From: an uncultured Eubacteriales bacterium | GTDB lineage: Bacteria; Bacillota; Clostridia; Oscillospirales; Acutalibacteraceae | Length of the DNA: 55,102 nt | Direction: 5' to 3' | Assembly (NCBI GenBank): GCA_964368155.1 | Contig: CAYJBU010000002.1 | Span: 1-55,102 of the forward strand | Part shown: piece after piece, positions 48,722-55,102 of the stretch | How the letters are laid out: each line of letters begins with the position of its first letter | Numbering within the stretch: the stretch's first letter is position 1 | Program-made: the position numbers and the translations under genes | The notes under the pieces: generated by a model | Told to the model about the DNA's origin: nothing | Database searches by the model: none | What the model saw: the letters and a program-made list of their open reading frames with translations, nothing else

Positions 48722-49123
48722 TCATTCTAAAAGTGGGACAGTTTGTTTGTTTCCATTTTCATCCATTGCAACAAAAGTGAAAGAAGCGTTGCAAATTTTA
48801 TGATGTCCGATGTTCTTTTTATAGTATTCTACTTCTACATCAATGTTGACACGCATAGAGGTTGTTCCGACACTTTCAAGATTTGCAGTTAAAACAACAA
48901 CATCATTTGGCATTGCTGGTGCAAAAAAGTCAATTCGCTCAACCCTTGCTGTTACAACGTCGCAGTTGCAGTGTCTTTTTGCACAAATCGCTCCAACAAT
49001 GTCCATCCACGACATCAGTTGTCCTCCGAAAAGTCTGCCTGCACCGTTAATGTGAGATTGTAACACTAACTCGGTCATCACAGTGTGTGAATTAATTGGA
49101 CTTTTAACCTCACGTTCTTGCAT
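48722..49123 (-). CDS. Acyl-CoA thioesterase (hotdog fold, YciA-like)
   Basis: 133 aa. The HINGAGRLFGGQLMSWMD block is typical of hotdog acyl-CoA hydrolases. Confidence 0.82.
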   Translation of the reverse strand: MQEREVKSPINSHTVMTELVLQSHINGAGRLFGGQLMSWMDIVGAICAKRHCNCDVVTARVERIDFFAPAMPNDVVVLTANLESVGTTSMRVNIDVEVEYYKKNIGHHKICNASFTFVAMDENGNKQTVPLLE

Positions 49124-49158
49124 TTTAATCTTTTCCTCTCAGCTTAATGTGACGGGGT

Positions 49159-50121
49159 TTAATCCCCACCGACTATATTATTTGCAAAATATTTATATAC
49201 AAAATTTCGTGTTGTGTCCCAACATTTTTTAGGTTCAACTAAAAAACTAATTGCGTGGGTCGCATTGTCGATTATCAACAACTCTTTTTCAGCAACACAA
49301 GCTTCATAATTTTTAAGAGTCATTTTATAAGGAACAAACCTGTCTCTTTTTCCATGAATAAATAAAATAGGTGTTTTGTTGGTTTTTAGAACTTCGTTTG
49401 GTGAAGAATCAATGAATTTAAAGCCTGCTATTTTGTCGCACACAATTTCCAAAAGGTTAACTATTGGAAAAACAGGCAGATAATAACTGTGTCCCAAAAT
49501 ATGCTTAAAAATGGATTTTGCATCAGTATAGCCACAGTCTGCAATGCAACATTTAACATTTGTGGGCAGATTTTTGTTTAGTGAAAGTATTACTGTCGCG
49601 CAACCCATCGAAACACCGTAAAGCACGACTTGGGTATCCTCGCCAAATTTTTGAATAGCAAATTCAACCCATTTTTTACAATCCAAACTTTCTTTTGCAC
49701 CAAATGTCAAGTGTTTCCCCTCGCTTCGCTCGTGGGCGCGCTGATGTGGTAGCAGAATAGTAAAGCCGTCGTCATAAAAAAACTTAACACTTCCTGAAAA
49801 GTCGTCGTGATCTTGCGCCCTGAAACCGTGCATCATAATCACGACTTTTTTACTGTTTTCTTTTTCAAGAATTTGAGTGTAAAGGTTGAGACCGTCAAAA
49901 CTTTTTGTTTGTTCAATCTTGACATCTTGTTTTGCATACCACTGCCTAAACTCAATGAATTTGTGGGAATATTTCGCCCTTGCGCTGTTGGGGGGAAAGT
50001 TTGTGTTCTTTCTTCTTGGTTTGGATTTCAACGCAATGTTGAAAAACATATAAGATATAAAACACACCAAGACAATGAGAGAAGAAATGATGATAATGCT
50101 TAAAAACAGGTAAAAATTCAT
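49159..50121 (-). CDS. Membrane-anchored alpha/beta hydrolase
   Basis: 320 aa with an N-terminal TM helix, the nucleophile elbow GVSMGC and a C-terminal HG...D...H arrangement. Confidence 0.82.
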   Translation of the reverse strand: MNFYLFLSIIIISSLIVLVCFISYMFFNIALKSKPRRKNTNFPPNSARAKYSHKFIEFRQWYAKQDVKIEQTKSFDGLNLYTQILEKENSKKVVIMMHGFRAQDHDDFSGSVKFFYDDGFTILLPHQRAHERSEGKHLTFGAKESLDCKKWVEFAIQKFGEDTQVVLYGVSMGCATVILSLNKNLPTNVKCCIADCGYTDAKSIFKHILGHSYYLPVFPIVNLLEIVCDKIAGFKFIDSSPNEVLKTNKTPILFIHGKRDRFVPYKMTLKNYEACVAEKELLIIDNATHAISFLVEPKKCWDTTRNFVYKYFANNIVGGD

Positions 50122-50255
50122 ATAATGACCGTGCGATGTTTGGATTGCTGAATTGATGCAAACATCAAGAAAGTCGCCCTCGACTCATCCTTTCTTCAAA
50201 AAATTCAAATTAGTTAGCATGGATAATATCAAAATATATGCTCAAATAGTATAGA

Positions 50256-50852
50256 TTATTTTGCTTGCTTAATGCAATCCCAATTTTCTTTAATGTAAAC
50301 ATAACCAGAAAGAATTGAGAAAAATGTTGCAACTCCCATGAAAAGCTCGTTCAGAACAATAATAATGTCCGAAATATTAGAGTTTGAGAGCCAAAATTCA
50401 GGGAAATAAACCTCTGCAATGTTTTGAGAATATGCTAAAACAAAAATAACAATGATTGCAATTATTTGAGAAACTGTTTTTATTTTGCCTAAATTATTCG
50501 CAGCTATTACTTTTCCACCTCCGGCGGCGACAAGTCTAACCGAAGTGACAGCGAATTCTCTGAACAAAATGACGAGAACTTGCCATACCGAAATCAGCCC
50601 CAAAGAAGAGAAACAAATAAGTGCGGACATGACTAAAATTTTGTCAGCGAGTGGGTCTGCAAATTTCCCGAAATCGGTTACTAGTCCATTTTTTCTTGCT
50701 ATCGACCCATCTAGATAATCCGTGATTGAAGCAATTGCAAAAAGTATTAAAGCGATTAAATTGTTGTGAGGGATACCTGTTGCCATGACGAAAAAAACAA
50801 AGAAAGGCACAAGTATGACCCTTAACATAGTTAGCTTGTTGGGTGTATTCAC
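50256..50852 (-). CDS. pgsA: CDP-diacylglycerol--glycerol-3-phosphate 3-phosphatidyltransferase
   Basis: 198 aa with the CDP-alcohol phosphatidyltransferase motif DGSIARKNGLVTDFGKFADPLADK. It overlaps rimO by 4 nt. Confidence 0.93.
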   Translation of the reverse strand: MNTPNKLTMLRVILVPFFVFFVMATGIPHNNLIALILFAIASITDYLDGSIARKNGLVTDFGKFADPLADKILVMSALICFSSLGLISVWQVLVILFREFAVTSVRLVAAGGGKVIAANNLGKIKTVSQIIAIIVIFVLAYSQNIAEVYFPEFWLSNSNISDIIIVLNELFMGVATFFSILSGYVYIKENWDCIKQAK

Positions 50853-52177
50853 AAAATCACCTTTCCCATTAAATCTGCGTCCATAGCGTCGTCGATAAGC
50901 ACTTCCACGAACTGGCCAAAATAAGGTTTTTTATCTGTAGCAGTGAAAAACACTTTTCCGTCAATGTCAGGTGCATCCATGGCAGTTCTGCCAAAATAGC
51001 ACTCTGCATAGCGATCAAATCCCTCGGTTAAAACTGTGAGTGTCTTGCCAATCATCGACTGTCCTTTTTTGTCCATAATTTGCATTTGTATGTCGGTTAA
51101 AATCTCTGAACGTGTGAGTTTTACGTCTTGATCTATTTGGTTTTCCATAATCGCCGCTGGTGTGTCTTCTTCAGCAGAATATGTGAAGCAACCCATTTTG
51201 TCGAACTGAATTTCCTCGGCAAACTCACAAAGCTGAGTGAAATCCTCCTCGCTCTCGTTTGGAAAACCAACAATAAACGTTGTTCTCAAAACAATACCGG
51301 GAACTTTTTCTTTGATTTTTTTCATTAGCGCAGTCAAACTTTCTTTGTCGCCACGTCTATTCATTAGTTTAAGTATTTTTCCGCTTGCATGCTGCAAAGG
51401 AATATCCATGTATTTTACAATTTTTTCCTCGTTTGCCATTGTCTCTAACAACTCGTCGGTGATTGTATCGGGGTATAAATACATAATTCTAACCCATTTT
51501 AAATCAGGGATTTTGCATATTTCTTTTAAAAGGTTTGGAAATTCATATTTTCCGTACAAATCAAGGCCGTATCTTCCTGTGTCTTGAGCGATTAAAACCA
51601 GTTCTTTTGCACCGTTTTCAACTAGTTTTTCAGCTTCGCATAAAACACTTTCTTTAGTCCTGCTTCTGTATGCACCTCGGATTAAAGGAATTGCGCAATA
51701 TGTGCAGAAATTGTCACAGCCCTCTGCTATTTTCAAATAAGCAAAATAGCTTGGAGTCGTCAGTTCTCTGTCGCCCTCGAGAGGCATTTTTAATTTATCT
51801 GGGAACGAAAGACATTTTTCATCGTTTGAAATTGCCCTTAAAATGCTTGCAATGTCTCCGTTTGCACCAATCCCAACAATTGCGTCAGTCTCGGGAATTT
51901 CTTTTGCAATCTCGTCTTTATAACGTTCTGCAAGGCACCCTGTAACGACAATTTTTTTAATTCTGCCCTCTTTTTTAAGAGTGCAAAGCTCCATGATTTC
52001 TTCTATAGACTCTCTTTTTGCACTTTCAATAAATCCACAGGTGTTGACAATTGCAATGTCGGACAACCCAACATCGTCACAAAGCTCAAACCCTTCGTTT
52101 TTTAGGCTTGCCATCAAAACTTCTCCATCTACCTGATTTTTGGCGCAACCTAAACTTATCATTCCAACTCTTGGCAT
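50849..52177 (-). CDS. rimO: Ribosomal protein S12 methylthiotransferase
   Basis: It has the ISLGCAKNQVD N-terminal block, the radical-SAM motif CDNFCTYCAIP and a TRAM C-terminus. The start at M8 (52177) is preferred over the track's GTG at 52198. Confidence 0.94.
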   Translation of the reverse strand: MPRVGMISLGCAKNQVDGEVLMASLKNEGFELCDDVGLSDIAIVNTCGFIESAKRESIEEIMELCTLKKEGRIKKIVVTGCLAERYKDEIAKEIPETDAIVGIGANGDIASILRAISNDEKCLSFPDKLKMPLEGDRELTTPSYFAYLKIAEGCDNFCTYCAIPLIRGAYRSRTKESVLCEAEKLVENGAKELVLIAQDTGRYGLDLYGKYEFPNLLKEICKIPDLKWVRIMYLYPDTITDELLETMANEEKIVKYMDIPLQHASGKILKLMNRRGDKESLTALMKKIKEKVPGIVLRTTFIVGFPNESEEDFTQLCEFAEEIQFDKMGCFTYSAEEDTPAAIMENQIDQDVKLTRSEILTDIQMQIMDKKGQSMIGKTLTVLTEGFDRYAECYFGRTAMDAPDIDGKVFFTATDKKPYFGQFVEVLIDDAMDADLMGKVIL

Positions 52178-52242
52178 ATCTTTAATACTCCATTCCACAT
52201 CTGTTCAAATTCACAGACAAAATAAGACTAACGGTCTAGCCA

Positions 52243-52848
52243 TTAATCATAAGATGAGTTTCTCATAACGCTGTTAATCTCTGAGTAAGAGTAGCCTCGC
52301 CTTTGCAAAAAAGCAAAAGCTTTTCGCCTGATTTTCTCGTCTTCGTCCCACATAGGGTATTTTTTTTCTAGTATTTCGGTGATGTTTTCACTGTTATCAG
52401 TGTCGATGTCGCACAAAACTTCGTCGATGATATCTCTGTCAATCCCTCGTTTATATAGCTCTGTGCGAATTCTAGAAACTCCGAATTTTTTTATGTTTAT
52501 CATGTCCCTGACACAAATTTGCGCATAATTTCTATCGTCGAGAAGTCGCAGTTCTTCCATTTTATCACAGATTTCTTCTGCTGTTTCACGACTAACAAGC
52601 TCACACAATTTACGACAAAGCTGATTTTTGCTATAGTTCTTTAATCCCAAGAGGTAAAGTGCGCGTTCCTTTGCAATTCGGTAATCAGAACTTTTAATCA
52701 AATCCAAAAGTTCTTCATCGCTTATCTCCGTCCCCTCTTTAAAAGGGGAGAGGAGGAAGGTTTCTTTGTCCACTCTAATCGCTGCTTCACCGTCAAGGTA
52801 CAATAATACTTTTCCTTTTTTAACAGAGGAAACTCTGCTGATTATCAT
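52243..52848 (-). CDS. recX: Recombination regulator RecX
   Basis: 201 aa and helical-repeat in character. It lies immediately downstream of recA and overlaps it by 4 nt. Confidence 0.88.
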   Translation of the reverse strand: MIISRVSSVKKGKVLLYLDGEAAIRVDKETFLLSPFKEGTEISDEELLDLIKSSDYRIAKERALYLLGLKNYSKNQLCRKLCELVSRETAEEICDKMEELRLLDDRNYAQICVRDMINIKKFGVSRIRTELYKRGIDRDIIDEVLCDIDTDNSENITEILEKKYPMWDEDEKIRRKAFAFLQRRGYSYSEINSVMRNSSYD

Positions 52849-53987
52849 TCGTCGTCTACCATTATGTCAATGTTGGTTTCAATGGTTGGGCGAGATTTTG
52901 GAGTTTCTTTTGAGACAGGGATTTCAACAGGTTTTGCCACTGATTTTTTTGCTGTTTTAGAAGCAAAAAGTTTTTCCCTGTTCTCTTTGATAAGGTCTTC
53001 AAGTTTTGCTGCAAGTTCAGGGTTGTCAGCAATAAATTGCTTTGAATTGTCTCTTCCTTGCCCTAGTTTTGAGCCTTCATAAGAGAACCAAGCTCCACTT
53101 TTTTGAACAATTCCCAAAGTTACGGCAATGTCTAAAATTTCGCCCTCTCTGGAAATTCCTTGGCCATACATGATGTCAAATTCTGCCTCTTTGAAAGGAG
53201 GTGCAAGTTTGTTTTTAACAACCTTAACTCTTGTTCTAGAACCGATTACGTCAGTGCCGGATTTTAAAGTCTCGATTTTTCTTATGTCAAGCCTAACAGA
53301 AGCGTAAAACTTCATTGCACGACCACCAGGAGTTACCTCCGGACTTCCGTACATAACTCCAACTTTTTCTCTTAATTGGTTGATGAAAATTGCAACACAA
53401 TTTGTTTTTGAAATTACACCTGCAAGTTTTCTTAAAGCTTGTGACATTAAGCGAGCTTGTAAACCAACGTGGCTGTCGCCCATTTCACCTTCGATTTCTG
53501 CTCTTGGAACAAGGGCTGCGATTGAGTCTACAACGATTACGTCAATGGCGCCACTTCGAACAAGTGCTTCTGCAATTTCTAAAGCTTGCTCTCCTGTGTC
53601 GGGTTGAGCGACAAGCAAGGAGTCAACATCAACACCCAAAGCCGCTGCATATACAGGGTCGAGTGCGTGCTCAACGTCGATGAAAGCTGCGTTTCCACCT
53701 GATTTTTGTCCCTCTGCAACGCAGTGCAAAGCGATTGTCGTTTTACCCGAAGACTCTGGTCCGTAAACTTCAATAATTCTTCCACGTGGAAGTCCGCCTA
53801 TTCCAAGCGCCATGTCAAGCGACACTGATCCAGTTGGAATTGCTTCTACATTTAGCGAACTGTTTTCGCCAAGTAACATTACCGCTCCATCGCCGAACTG
53901 CTTCTTTATATTTGATAACGCTGTTTCAAGTGCTGTCTGTTTGTCGTTTGGATTTCCAATTGTCTTTGTGCTTTTTTTCTCTGCCAT
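52845..53987 (-). CDS. recA: Recombinase RecA
   Basis: The start is set at M5, with GGAGGG 4 nt upstream. It has Walker [10 protein letters not shown] and the L1/L2 loops. The C-terminal tail is unusually long, basic then acidic. Confidence 0.98.
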   Translation of the reverse strand: MAEKKSTKTIGNPNDKQTALETALSNIKKQFGDGAVMLLGENSSLNVEAIPTGSVSLDMALGIGGLPRGRIIEVYGPESSGKTTIALHCVAEGQKSGGNAAFIDVEHALDPVYAAALGVDVDSLLVAQPDTGEQALEIAEALVRSGAIDVIVVDSIAALVPRAEIEGEMGDSHVGLQARLMSQALRKLAGVISKTNCVAIFINQLREKVGVMYGSPEVTPGGRAMKFYASVRLDIRKIETLKSGTDVIGSRTRVKVVKNKLAPPFKEAEFDIMYGQGISREGEILDIAVTLGIVQKSGAWFSYEGSKLGQGRDNSKQFIADNPELAAKLEDLIKENREKLFASKTAKKSVAKPVEIPVSKETPKSRPTIETNIDIMVDDE

Positions 53988-54225
53988 GTTGCCCTCCAAA
54001 ATTAAGTTGTATTACTATTGCTTCATCAACCAAAGTCTGTTAATCTTTATCATTGGTTAAATTGATGGAGTAATATTAGTTCTTCAGATTATTGTACCAC
54101 ACAATTATGTATTTTTAAAGAATTTTATTGTAAAAAAATAAAAAAGTTTTTAATTATTTGTTGGCACTTTTCAACTGATGAATTTTGTGTTATTATAATG
54201 CCAAAGAATAAGAGTAAGAGGCGTT

Positions 54226-55044
54226 ATGAATAGAAAAGAATTATATGATTATGGCAGGAAAAATTTGAAATACAAAGAAGAAAGTATAATCCTTTGTGAG
54301 GAACTATACGGATTTTCGAGAAAAGATATAATCATGTCACCAGATGTAGTTGTTGAAGACACACAAGCTTTTTTTGAAGCTGTTAAAAGGCGTGAACAGG
54401 GCGAGCCGCTTCAATATATTTTGGGATATGCTTATTTTGACTCGATGAAGCTTAAAGTCGAGGAAGGTGTTTTGATTCCCAGAGAAGACAGCATGGTTTT
54501 GGTGAATTGTGCAGTAGATTTCATCAAAGATCAAAAATTAAAAGGCTTGGATTTGTGCTCTGGAACGGGTGCGATTGCGATTTCTGTTGAAAACTCCTGT
54601 GGAAAAGTTGAAATAGAGGCACTTGAGCTGTTTAAAACACCTCTAAAATGCTTAGTTTTCAACATTGCGCACTTTTCAACAGGAAGAGTCACTTGTGTTG
54701 AATCTGATGTGACTAAGAGTTTTTCAGAGTATAAAAACCTAGATTTTATACTTTCAAATCCACCATATATCAAAAGTGAAGAGATTTCAACACTTCAAAC
54801 GGAGGTGCAGAACGAACCGCACACAGCTCTTGACGGAGGAGAAGACGGACTTTATTTTTATAAGATAATTTGTGAAAAATGGAAAAATGCGCTTAAAATT
54901 GGTGGATTTCTCGCAGTGGAAATCGGAGATACGCAAGGAGAGGAAGTCGGAAGCCTGTTTATTAACAATGGGCTTAGAGATGTAAAAATTTTGAAAGACT
55001 TGAATAATCTACCACGTGTTGTGTGTGGGGTTAGGGAAAGGTAA
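54226..55044 (+). CDS. prmC: Peptide chain release factor N(5)-glutamine methyltransferase
   Basis: 272 aa with the PLQYILG block, SAM-binding DLCSGTGAI and catalytic NPPY. Confidence 0.92.
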   Translation: MNRKELYDYGRKNLKYKEESIILCEELYGFSRKDIIMSPDVVVEDTQAFFEAVKRREQGEPLQYILGYAYFDSMKLKVEEGVLIPREDSMVLVNCAVDFIKDQKLKGLDLCSGTGAIAISVENSCGKVEIEALELFKTPLKCLVFNIAHFSTGRVTCVESDVTKSFSEYKNLDFILSNPPYIKSEEISTLQTEVQNEPHTALDGGEDGLYFYKIICEKWKNALKIGGFLAVEIGDTQGEEVGSLFINNGLRDVKILKDLNNLPRVVCGVRER

Positions 55045-55102
55045 AGATAAAGATAAAGAAAGGAAAGTCACGGGAAGCAAGCTTGATAAACAAATTAGTT
55101 TG

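Noticed and set aside
49169-49178. The 10-mer ACCGACTATA is shared between the aminotransferase leader (36104-36113) and the 3' end of the hydrolase gene.
   Set aside because: The second copy lies inside coding sequence and has no other leader-like features, so it is probably coincidental.

Overview
AT-rich Firmicutes chromosome segment, Clostridia-like and probably an endospore former because spoIIR is present. It is overwhelmingly core housekeeping, and about 85% of the genes are on the minus strand.

Content in order:
- A partial YesM-like sensor, divergent from an LplABC-type sugar ABC importer and a DUF5060/GH-like enzyme.
- A CydDC-like ABC exporter pair lying directly downstream of a Cys T-box-controlled cysE-cysS operon.
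- uxaC, ackA, araD and an AraK-type FGGY kinase.
- tadA, a CPBP protease and htpG.
- An MFS transporter, an ABM monooxygenase, a GT2 glycosyltransferase and spoIIR.
- A DUF1292 gene and an orphan 5S rRNA.
- pdxK, a UroD-family gene and yloV.
- ymdB and rny.
- trpS and an aminotransferase.
- uppP, murF, murE and a GT4 glycosyltransferase.
- A flavin-reductase/rubredoxin fusion, rarA and glyA.
- TraX, DUF4317, and an MFS/TetR pair.
- A thioesterase, a hydrolase, pgsA, rimO, recX, recA and prmC.

I found no transposase, integrase, phage, CRISPR, toxin-antitoxin or recognisable defence genes. I therefore cannot defend a novel protein-encoded system here.

The least explained signals are at the RNA or cis-regulatory level:
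1. A roughly 200-nt, G+C-enriched, multi-helix RNA candidate at about 26.2-26.4 kb. It has its own perfect terminator, no matching ORF, and converges on spoIIR.
2. A stand-alone 5S rRNA gene with a consensus promoter and terminator, far from any 16S/23S gene.
3. A roughly 200-nt leader with three ACCGAC (GUCGGU on the RNA) motifs spaced about 46-47 nt apart. It precedes an aminotransferase-trpS unit in which trpS has no T-box.
4. Two copies of an 18-nt-identical palindromic element placed 3' of unrelated genes.

All calls come from reading the sequence and the supplied ORF track. No database search was run. Intergenic coordinates may be off by 1-2 nt.
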